A program made the translations under genes and the position numbers. Shown here piece by piece: positions 49,316 to 61,100 of a stretch of DNA of 64,000 bases (position 1 is the first letter of the stretch; each line of letters opens with the position of its first letter). Below the pieces are notes generated by a model. It was not told where the DNA came from. It did not search any database and saw only the letters and a program-made list of their open reading frames with translations. The DNA comes from Octopus sinensis (Eukaryota), in contig NW_021833298.1 of the NCBI RefSeq assembly GCF_006345805.1, forward strand, positions 9,935 through 73,934, written 5' to 3'.

Positions 49316-50457
49316 ACTTTGAACAGTGAAACACTCGCACAATGCTTGTATGTATTAAAGTATGTATGTGTATAAGAAAGATAATGGAGTGTACGTGTGT
49401 GTGTGTGTGTCCTGCTTTATGTATTTGAACTCACACACAAACACGCCCACCCGGCAATCTTTCGTCTCTAGTAGACCTTTCCGTCGATAGACAAAATTCT
49501 TTTTATCTAATCGTTATACATGCCTTGTCGACTGCTACTGTGCAGCCTTAATGTCTCTGTTGATGTGACGATGGTGAAATGGTAAGAAAAAGACGGGAGA
49601 GTTATAAAATGAGGAGGAGATATTCTTCTCATGAGAAAAGAGTTGCATGCAAAGGAAAAGGCTTTGAGCAAAAGGCTTCGTTTCACGTTACTACGATCGA
49701 CACAGTTTTAAATGGGCAACCCCACCCGTCTAGCCTCAGGGTGGCATCACTCAGAAGCTACAACAATGCGAGGAAGCGCATTGTGACCAGCGATATGTAG
49801 CAACATCCGACAGTCTAGTCGGTACAGTGATTTGTGTTGTTTTGAGACGAAGGGACAGTTCCGAAAGTCCAAATTCCTCTTCTCCCCCACGGCACCCGAA
49901 CTCATCTTAACTTAAGAATCAACATGGCTTTGCTAAGTCAATTGATGTGTTTTCCGTTTGACTTTAAACTTTTGCTACATATCGCTAGTCACAATGCGCT
50001 TCCTCGCATTGTTGTAGCTTCTGAGTGATGCCACCCAGAGGCTAGACGGGTGGGGTTGCCCATTTAAAACTGTGCCGATCGTAGTAACGTGAAACGAAGC
50101 CTTTTGCTCAAAGCCTTTTCCTTTGCATGCAACTCTTTTCTCATGAGAAGAATATCTCCTCCTCATTTTATAACTCTCCCGTCTTTTTCTTACCATTTCA
50201 CCATCGTCACATCAACAGAGACATTAAGGCTGCACAGTAGCAGTCGACAAGGCATGTATAACGATTAGATAAAAAAAATTTTATCTATCGACGGAAAGGT
50301 CTACTAGAGACGAAAGATTGCCGGGTGGGCGTGTTTGTGTGTGAGTTCAAATACATAAAGCAGGACACACACACACACACACACACACGTACACTCCATT
50401 ATCTTTCATATACTTTAATACATACAAGCATTGTGCGAGTGTTTCACTGTTCAAAGT
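49316..50457. mobile_element. Foldback element with ~487-bp inverted arms and a 168-bp spacer
   Basis: 49316-49803 is the reverse complement of 49972-50457 (mirror ORFs 49579..49800 and 49975..50196 differ by 2 aa). Confidence 0.9.
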
Positions 50458-50857
50458 CAGTCGGTGGGGGGCGGTGCGCGCTATCATGTGTTTCACTTCT
50501 CATCTCCCTCACCGACTTCAAAGCAAATGTCACCTTCCACCGGACATGAAAATAAAGGTAAATTAAAAACAGAAATTCTTTGCGGAAATTACCGAACAAC
50601 CAGCTGGAATTAAAAAAAAAAAAATACTGACCAAAAATGAAATTATGCCCTCATACGTAAGTTTCATGCCAATATTTAAGACGGGAGCGTTGTCTATCAA
50701 ATGACTGCTCCAGGAGAATGAAAACAGCAAATCCGGGTAAGATTTGAACTCGAGTTGTGGTGAGGAGCATAAAAGAATTGAAAGCGACTTTGTAAAGCAA
50801 TGGAGAGACGGGATCAAAGAAATTAAATTAGGAAGATGTAAAACTTAAAAAACTTAC

Positions 50858-51000
50858 CTCGTCACAGCTCTGAGCAAAAGTGAAACTTGGTGGTTTTTAA
50901 GCTGTTCATTGGTTTAACAACTTTGTATGACATCAGTGTTTCTCAGAGAAAAACACTTCTCCTCTGCCCTCTTTTAACACAATTTACTTCCACGAACACT
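50858..51000 (-). promoter_or_regulatory. Candidate non-coding first exon/promoter with IRF-E/ISRE-like and GAS motifs
   Basis: Consensus donor GAG/gtaagt (exon end 50858). AAAAGTGAAACT at 50876-50887, TTCCACGAA (TTCN3GAA) at 50988-50996 overlapping an ETS-like GGAAGT; the sequence is non-repetitive. The link to the gene is inferred. Confidence 0.35.
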
Positions 51001-51051
51001 TTGTGATAAAAGTTTATTATTATCATTTACAACTAACAAAATGGGAAGAAA

Positions 51052-51085
<34 letters not shown>

Positions 51086-51160
51086 CGTTTGTAGAAATAT
51101 ATAAATCCAGAGGAAAAGCAAACTCTAAAGATGTAGAGCAGTTAAAATTATAGTGTGTTA

Positions 51161-51256
51161 GGCCGGTTTATGGGGTTAGCGAGGTCTCAGGCCAGCAGCA
51201 GTGTTTGGGGTCTGAAGATATGAGCGAGAAACCCAGAGTAACCCCATAAACCGGCC
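51161..51256 (+). ncRNA. Candidate minimal/degenerate type I hammerhead motif within an 18-bp perfect inverted repeat
   Basis: ggggt-CTGAAGA-t(atgagcg)a-GAAAC-ccaga-GTA-acccc; stem II is only 1 bp. Confidence 0.35.
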
Positions 51257-51552
51257 CACTCCACCATAATATATATATAAATAAATTTAAAATGAGGGTG
51301 AGAAATTGGATATTAATTTAATTAACATCAATTTAACACCAGTGGTCTAGTATATTAAAATCTGAAGGTTCAGTAAATTGTATTATATACACATGAGAGG
51401 GATGACCGCTATGTGGACAACCCTTATGCTAGAAGTAGAGCAGCTATGGTCTTACCACTAAGAAATGTTCTTAAGAAGAATTTAGCAAACACCAGAACTT
51501 TTCATTTGTTTTGCTCGCTTACGCTCTGGTGTTTGCTAAATTCTTCTCATAT

Positions 51553-51657
<105 letters not shown>

Positions 51658-52213
51658 TATAATGAACGAAAGCGCTAATATATGTTACATGATGTATAAA
51701 AACATGTAATATACAAATGAATATCTGTAGCTATAAAACCATCCGAACTTCTGAGTATCTCATTTCTTCTAATATAAAATAGCTGTACATCATCTCCAAA
51801 CCTTCTAATATATATATGTGTGTGTATGTAAGTATATATGTACAAAAGGAAGTAACTGATAAAGAAAGAAAGAAAGTTTTAAGGGGAAATACACGGTGAA
51901 AGTAAGGTAGGATTTCACTCTCAGTGTTTTGTCAATCGCCTCGCTGAAACTTATCTGATTTTCCCCAATGGTGGCCACTGATTGGCGTGTCGACCCCTCC
52001 CCGCCTCAAACCTTCAATTTGTGGCTACACGCGTATACACACACACACACACACACACAAACTAGCCCTCCGCCGGTTGAAACCGACGGAGGTTCCAGCT
52101 AATCCGATCAACGGAACATCCTGTTCGTGAAATTCACACGCGTAGCCTTAATGTATTTCTCAGGTTCTCCTCATTTTCTGCCAGTTGACTGAAATGGACC
52201 GACTTAAAATAAG

Positions 52214-52800
52214 GGCAATCAATCGGAATAAGTCCGAGACTTGTCCAGATTCGTTCGTTTGCTTCCGTCTACGTGACAGCACGTTCTTGTCAACTGCAGG
52301 CATGAAATATTGTCACTAATACGGATTTTTCGACGTCGATCTCGTTTTCTTCTTGGAAATTTACAGATTTTACATATACAAATGAAGGAGGTAAGGACGA
52401 GCCCTAGCCGCATACACATACACGCCGCACAAAAGGGTATACGTACATACATACATACATACAAAAATACCCTGTTGTTGATGTTGAAATTCCAATGAAG
52501 GAACTTTGGATCTAGGTTAGAAACTGGTTCTTTCTCTATTGGCAAGAAATCTTGGAATGAACTGAATAATGACCTTATAAATAGGCAAGGCTTTTCTCAA
52601 GCTTCGAATGCTACATTGTATCTGTTATCGACATCCCACATGCATACATACAGAAGACAAGTGTGTATATGTATGTGCATCGAAAAAGCCGTATTAGTGA
52701 TACTATTCAATGGGTTTACTGTTGACGGCACGTGCTGTCACGCATACGGAAACTAACGAACGAATCTTGTCGAGTCTGAGACTTATTCCGATCGATTGCC
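52214..52800. mobile_element. Old MITE-like element with ~80-bp imperfect TIRs
   Basis: ggcaatcaatcggaataagtc..gtgacagcacg at 52214-52292 mirrored at 52722-52800. Confidence 0.65.
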
Positions 52801-52974
52801 AAAATGAAATAAGGTGTCTTGCTCAAGGACAACGCTCCAACAGGATTCGAACTCAAGACCTTACGATCGTGAGCCGAATGCCTTAAGCACGAAGCCATGT
52901 GGTATATACACATATATAATACATGTGTAGCGTGGTTACTACAAACACTTGGTGTCAGTTTATATGCATATAGT

Positions 52975-55130
52975 CAACACCATCATCATCATCATCGTCG
53001 TCGTCGTCGTTTAACGTCCGCTTTCCATGCTGGCATGGGTTGGACAGCTTGTCTGGGGACTGGCAAGCCAGGAGGCTGCACCAGGCTCCAGTCTGATCTG
53101 GCAGAGTTTCTACAGCTGGATGCCCTTCCTAACGTCAATCACTCCAAGAGTGTAGTGGGTGCTTTTAATGTGCCACCGGTGCGGAGGCCAGTTAGGTGGC
53201 ACTGGCATCAACCACACTCAAAGGGTGCTTTTTATGTGCACCAGGCACGGGAGCCAGTCAGGCAGCACAAGCAATAACTACACTTGAATAATGCTTTTTA
53301 CATGCCACCAGCATGGGTACCAGTCGCGGGACTGGCATCTGCCACGTCAACGATTTCACTTAACTCATCAAGTTTTCTCAAGCATAATGCTCAATGATTG
53401 AAGGGTACTCTTAAATGGGCCAGTTCTGTGACACTGACATAGGCCATAGCTATGGGCTCACTTGGCATGCCTGTTCTTCTCAAGCACAGCGTATCTCCAA
53501 AGGTCTCGGTCACTTGTCATCACCTCCGTGAGGCCCAACGTTTGATGGTTGTGCTTCACCACCTCATCTCAGGTCTTCCTGGGTCTACTACTTCCACAGG
53601 TTCCCTCCACTGTTAGAGTGTGACACTTTTTCACACAACTGACCTCATCCATTAGTGTCTCATGACCATACCAGTCGTCTCTCTTGCACACCACATCTGA
53701 TGCTTCTTAAGTCCAACTCTTCTCTTAGGCCACTTACACTCTGTTGTGTATGCACACTGACATTACACATCCAGTGGAGCATACAAGCTTCATTTATTGC
53801 AAGCTTACGCATGTCCTCAGCAGTCACATCCCATGTAGCATGACTGTTCACATGCATGCGTCATACAGTCTGCCTTTCACTCTGAGTGAGAGGCCCTTTG
53901 TTACCAGCAGAGGTAGGAGCTTTCTGAACTTTGCCCAGGATATGCTTATTCTAACAGTTATGCTCTCAGAGCATTCACCCCCTACTACTGGGTTGGTCAC
54001 CTAGGTAACAGAAGCTGTCAACTACTTCTAGTTTTTCACCCTGGAATGTGATGTAATTTGTTTTCTGCACATCTTCAGTGTTTATTGCTCCTGAGCATCT
54101 GTCACACACAAAAACTATCTTCCCAGTTAGCCCCACCCCTTTGATATTGCTGCATCTCTCATGTGTCTATATCTTATACCGGGTACATCTTATGGAGTTT
54201 CTATCTACACATTTCCTACAAATTGAGCAGGGCCATCTATCTGAAGGGATTTGTGGGATGTCTGCCTTCTTATTAAGGCTTTAGTTTTTGCTAGATCGAC
54301 TCTAAGGCCCTTCAATTTTTAGACCTTGCTTCCGCACCTGAAATGTCTTCTCTAGTTCTGGTAGTGAGTCAGCTATTAGAGCAAGGTCATCAGCATAGAG
54401 AAGCTCCCAAGGGCAGACTGTCTTGAATTCCTCTTTTATTTTCTGTACAACTATGAAAGGGGCCTGAAGACCAATCCTTAGTGAACCTCTACTTCTACCT
54501 GGAATTCTTCACTATACTCATTGCCGACCCTTATCTTACTGACAGCATCCCTGTACATGGCGTGCACAGCTCTCACTAACCATTCATCTATCCCTAGTTT
54601 CCTCATTGACCACCAGATAAGGGATTGGGGCACCCAGTCAAAGGCTTTCTTTATATTAACAAAAGCCAAGTACAAAGGTTTATGTTTGGCTAGGTATTTC
54701 TCTTGCAGCTGTCTTACCAGAAATATAACATCAGTGGTGCTTTTACCTGGCACAAACCCAAACTGCATCTCGTCTGAACTAACTCTCTCCCAAATTAGTT
54801 GGGTTACAACCCTCTCTGTAACCTTCATTACCTGATCCAACAACTTGATACATCTGTAATTATAGTATCTAATGCATCACCTTTACCTTTGTAGCAGTTG
54901 ACTATGGTGCTGCTACACCAATCATTGGGTATGACTCCTTCATGTATCACTTGGTTAACTATACAGGTGACTAGGCTATAGCCGACAGCACCAGATATTT
55001 CAAGCATATCTGCAGTGATTGCTGATGGGCCGGGGACTCTCCCTGTCTTCATACTCTTAATTGCTTTATCAACAAAGTTACTGTCAACTCGGATAGCTGG
55101 TCCCTCTGTTGGGTCAACATTCGGCTCTCC
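52975..55130 (-). mobile_element. RTE LINE, 5'-truncated, dead; near-duplicate of 14378-16865
   Basis: ORFs 54478..54843 and 54828..55199 (RT domain); shares lesions with the 15-16-kb copy. Confidence 0.92.
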
Positions 55131-58100
55131 CACACACTGTCCCATTGACACTACCTCACACTGTCTCATTTTCGTTGCCTTGAACTGTCCCACATGCAAT
55201 GTCAGACACTCTCTCAGATATATTCTCCCACTCTGTCACACACTGTCCCATTGACACTACCTCACACTGTCTCGTTTCCGTAGCCTTGAACTGTCCCACA
55301 TGCAATGTCTGACACTCTCTCAGATATACTTTCCCACTCTCTGTCTCATTTTCGTGGCCTTGAACTGTCCCACATGCAATGTCTGACACTCTCTCAGATA
55401 TACTCTCCCACTCTGTCACACACTGTCTCATATACACTAGCTCACACTGTCTCATTTTCGTTGCCTTGAACTGTCCCACATGCAATGTCTGACACTCTCT
55501 CAGATATACTCTCCCACTCTTTCACACACTTGTCTCATATACACTACCTCACACTGTCTCATTTTCGTTGCCTTGAACTGTCCCACATGCAATGTCTGAC
55601 ACTCTCTCAGATATACTCTCCCACTCTGTCACACACTGTCTCAGATACACTACCTCACAGTGTCTCATTTTTGTTGCCTTGAACTGGCCCACATGCAATG
55701 TCTGACACTCTCTCAGATATACTCTCCCACTCTGTCACACACTTGTCTCATATACACTACCTCACACTGTCTCATTTTCGTTGCCTTGAACTGTCCCACA
55801 TGCAATGTCTGACACTCTCTCAGATATACTCTCCCATTCTGGCACACACTGTCTCATATACACTACCTCACACTGTCTCATTTTCGTTGCCTTGAACTGG
55901 CCCACATGCAATGTCTGACACTCTCTCAGATATACTCTCCCACTCTGTCACACACTTGTCTCATATACACTACCTCACACTGTCTCATTTTCGTTGCCTT
56001 GAACTGTCCCACATGCAATGTCTGACACTCCTCAGATATACTCCCCCATTCTGCCACACACTGTCTCATATACACTACCTCACACTGTCTCATTTTCGTT
56101 GCCTTGAACTGTCCCACATGCAATGTCTGACACTCTCTCAGATATACTCTCCCACTCTGTCACACACTGTCTCATATACACTAGCTCACACTGTCTCATT
56201 TTCGTTGCCTTGAACTGTCCCACATGCAATGTCTGACACTCTCTCAGATATACTCTCCCACTCTCCCACACACTGTCTCATATACACTACCTCACACTGT
56301 CCCATTTTTGTTGCCTTGAACTGTCTGACATGCAATGTCAGACACTCTCTCAGATATACTCTCCCATTCTGCCACACACTGTCTCATATACACTACCTCA
56401 CACTGTCTCCTTTTTGTTGCCTTGAACTGTCCCACATGCAATGTCTGACACTCTCTCAAATATACTCTCCCACACACTGTCTCATATACAGTACTTCACA
56501 CTGTCTCATTTTCGTTGTCTTGAACTGTCCCACATGCAATGTCTGACACTCTCTCAGATATACTCTCCCACTCTGTCACATACTACCTCACACTGTCTCA
56601 TTTTCGTTGCCTTGAACTGTCCCACATGCAATGTCTGACACTCTCTCAGATATACTCTCCCACTCTTTCACACATTTGTCTCATATACACTACCTCACAC
56701 TGTCTCATTTTTGTTGCCTTGAACTTTCCCACATGCAATGTCTGACACTCTCTCAGATATACTCTCCCACTCTGTCACACACTGTCTCATATACACTACC
56801 TCACACTGTCTCATTTTTGTTGCCTTGAACTGTCCCACATGCAATGTCTGACACTCTCTCAGATATACTCTCCCACTCTGTCACACACTTGTCTCATATA
56901 CACTACCTCACACTGTCTCATTTTCGTTGCCTTGAACTGTCCCACATGCAATGTCTGACACTCTCTCAGATATACTCTCCCATTCTGCCACACACTGTCT
57001 CATATACACTACCTCACACTGTCTCATTTTCGTTGCCTTGAACTGGCCCACATGCAATGTCTGACAATCTCTCAGATATACTCTCCCACTCTGTCACACA
57101 CTTGTCTCATATACACTACCTCACACTGTCTAATTTTCGTTGCCTTGAACTGTCCCACATGCAATGTCTGACACTCCTCAGATATGCTCTCCTATTCTGC
57201 CACACACTGTCTCATTGACACTACCTCACACTATCTCACTTTCGTTGCCTTGAACTGTCCCACATGCAATGTGTGACACTCTCTCAGATATACTCTCCCA
57301 TTCTGGCACACACTGTCTCATATACACTACCTCACACTGTCTCATTTTCGTTGCCTTGAACTGGCCCACATGCAACGTCTGACACTCTCTCAGATATACT
57401 CTCCAACTCTCCCACACACTGTCTCATTGACACTACCTCACACTGTCTCATTTTCGTTGCCTTGAACTGGCCCACATGCAATGTCTGACACTCTCTCAGA
57501 TATACTCTCCCACTCTGTCACACACTGTCTCATATACACCACCTCACACTGTCTCATTTTCGTTGCCTTGAACTGGCCCACATGCAATGTCAGACACTCT
57601 CTCAGATATATTCTCCCACTCTCCCACACACTGTCTCATTGACACTACCTCACACTGTCTCATTTTCGTTGCCTTGAACTGGCCCACATGCAATGTCTGA
57701 CACTCTCTCAGATATACTCTCCCACTCTCCCACACACTGTCTCATATACACTACCTCACACTGTCTCATTTTCGTTGCCTTGAACTGGCCCACATGCAAT
57801 GTCTGACACTCTCTCAGATATACTCTCCCACACACTGTCTCATATACACTACCTCACACTGTCTCATTTACGTTGCCTTGAACTGTCCCACATGCAATGT
57901 CTGACATTCTCTCAGATATACTCTCCGACTCTGTCACACACTGTCTCATGTACACTACTTCACACTGTCTCATTTACGTTGCCTTGAACTGTCCCACATG
58001 CAATGTCTGACACTCTCTCAGATATACTCTCCCACACACTGTCTCATATACACTACCTCACACTGTCTCATTTACGTTGCCTTGAACTGTCCCACATGCA

Positions 58101-61100
58101 ATGTCTGGCACTCTCTCAGATATATTCTCCCACTCTGTCACACACTGTCTCATATACACTAGCTCACACTGTCTCATTTTCGTTGCCTTGAACTGTCCCA
58201 CATGCAATGTCTGACACTCTCTCAGATATACTCTCCACTCTCCCACACACTGTCTCATATACACTACCTCACACTGTCCCATTTTTGTTGCCTTGAACTG
58301 TCTGACATGCAATGTCAGACACTCTCTCGGATATACTCTCCCATTCTGCCACACACTGTCTCATATACACTACCTCACACTGTCCCATTTTTGTTGCCTT
58401 GAACTGTCTGACATGCAATGTCAGACACTCTCTCGGATATACTCTCCCATTCTGCCACACTGTCTCATATACACTACCTCACAGTGTCTCATTTTTGTTG
58501 CCTTGAACTGTCCCACATGCAATGTCTGACACTCTCTCAAATATACTCTCCCACACACTGTCTCATATACAGTACTTCACACTGTCTCATTTTCGTTGTC
58601 TTGAACTGTCCCACATGCAATGTCTGACACTCTCTCAGATATACTCTCCCACTCTGTCACACACTGTCTCATATACACTAGCTCACACTGTCTCATTTTC
58701 GTTGCCTTGAACTGTCCCACATGCAATGTCTGACACTCTCTCAGATATACTCTCCCACTCTCCCACACACTGTCTCATATACACTACCTCACACTGTCTC
58801 ATTTTCGTTGCCTTGAACTGGCCCACATGCAATGTCTGACACTCTCTCAGATATACTCTCCCACTCTCCCACACACTGTCTCATTGACACTACCTCACAC
58901 TGTCTCATTTTCGTTGCCTTGAACTGTCCCACATGCAATGTCTGACAATCTCTCAGATATACTCTCCCAATCTCCCACACACTGTCTCATATACACTACC
59001 TCACACTGTCTCATTTTCGTTGCCTTGAACTGGCCCACATGCAACGTCTGACACTCTCTCAGATATACTCTCCCACTCTCCCACACACTGTCTCATTGAC
59101 ATTACCTCACACTGTCTCATTTTCGTTGCCTTGAACTGGCCCACATGCAATGTCTGACACTCTCAGATATACTCTCCCACTCTGTCACACACTGTCTTAT
59201 ATACACTACCTCACACTGTCTCATTTTCGTTGCCTTGAACTGGCCCACATGCAATGTCAGACACTCTCTCAGATATATTCTCCCACTCTCCCACACACTG
59301 TCTCATTGACACTACCTCACACTGTCTCATTTTCGTTGCCTTGAACTGGCCCACATGCAATGTCTGACACTCTCTCAGATATACTCTCCCACACACTGTC
59401 TCATATACACTACCTCACACTGTCTCATTTTCGTTGCCTTGAACTGTCCCACATGCAATGTCTGACACTCTCTCAGATATACTCTCCGACTCTGTCACAC
59501 ACTGTCTCATATACACTACTTCACACTGTCTCATTTTTGTTGCCTTGAACTGTCCCACATGCAATGTCTGACACTCTCTCAAATATACTCTCCCACACAC
59601 TGTCTCATATATAGTACTTCACACTGTCTCATTTTCGTTGTCTTGAACTGTCCCACATGCAATGTCTGACACTCTCTCAGATATACTCTCCCACTCTGTC
59701 ACACACTGTCTCATATACACTAGCTCACACTGTCTCATTTTCGTTGCCTTGAACTGTCCCACATGCAATGTCTGACACTCTCTCAGATATACTCTCCCAC
59801 TCTCCCACACACTGTCTCATATACACTACCTCACACTGTCCCATTTTTGTTGCCTTGAACTGTCTGACATGCAATATCTGACATTCTCAGATATACTCTC
59901 CCATTCTGCCACACACTGTCTCATATACACTACCTCACACTGTCTCATTTTTGTTGCCTTGAACTGTCCCACATGCAATGTCTGACACTCTCTCAAATAT
60001 ACTCTCCCACACACTGTCTCATATACATTACTTCACACTGCCTCATTTTCGTTGTCTTGAACTGTCCCACATGCAATGTCTGACACTCTCTCAGATATAC
60101 TCTCCCACTCTGTCACACACTGTCTCATATACACTACCTCACAGTGTCTCATTTTTGTTGCCTTGAACTGGCCCACATGCAATGTCTGATACTCTCTCAG
60201 ATATACTCTCCCACTCTGTCACACACTTGTCTCATATACACTACCTCACACTGTCTCATTTTCGTTGCCTTGAACTGGCCCACATGCAATGTCTGACACT
60301 CCTCAGATATACTCTCCCATTCTGCCACACACTGTCTCATATACACTACCTCACACTGTCTCATTTTCGTTGCCTTGAACTGTCCCACATGCAATGTCTG
60401 ACACTCTCTCAGATATACTCTCCCACTCTGTCACACACTGTCTCATATACACTAGCTCACACTGTCTCATTTTCGTTGCCTTGAACTGTCCTACATGCAA
60501 TGTCTGACACTCTCTCAGATATATTCTCCCACTCTCCCACACACTGTCTCATATACACTACCTCACACTGTCCCATTTTTGTTGCCTTGAACTGTCTGAC
60601 ATGCAATGTCAGACACTCTCTCAGATATACTCTCCCACACACTGTCTCATTTTCATTGCCTTGAACTGGCCCACATGCAATGTCTGACACTCTCTCAAAT
60701 ATACTCTCCCACACACTGTCTCATTTTTGTTGCCTTGAACTGTCCCACATGCAATGTCTGACACTCTCTCAAATATACTCTCCCACACACTGTCTCATAT
60801 ACAGTACTTCACACTGTCTCATTTTCGTTGTCTTGAACTGTCCCACATGCAATGTCTGACACTCTCTCAGATATACTCTCCCACTCTGTCACACACTGTC
60901 TCATATACACTAGCTCACACTGTCTCATTTTCGTTGCCTTGAACTGTCCCACAAGCAATGTCTGACACTCTCTCAGATATACTCTCCCATTCTGCCACAC
61001 ACTGTCTCATATACACTACTCACACTGTCTCATTTTCGTTGCCTTGAACTGTCCCACATGCAATGTCTGACACTCTCTCAGATATACTCTCCCACTCTCC

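Noticed and set aside
49579-50196. Pair of mirror 73-aa ORFs as a convergent gene pair
   Set aside because: They are the two arms of one inverted repeat; no domain evidence
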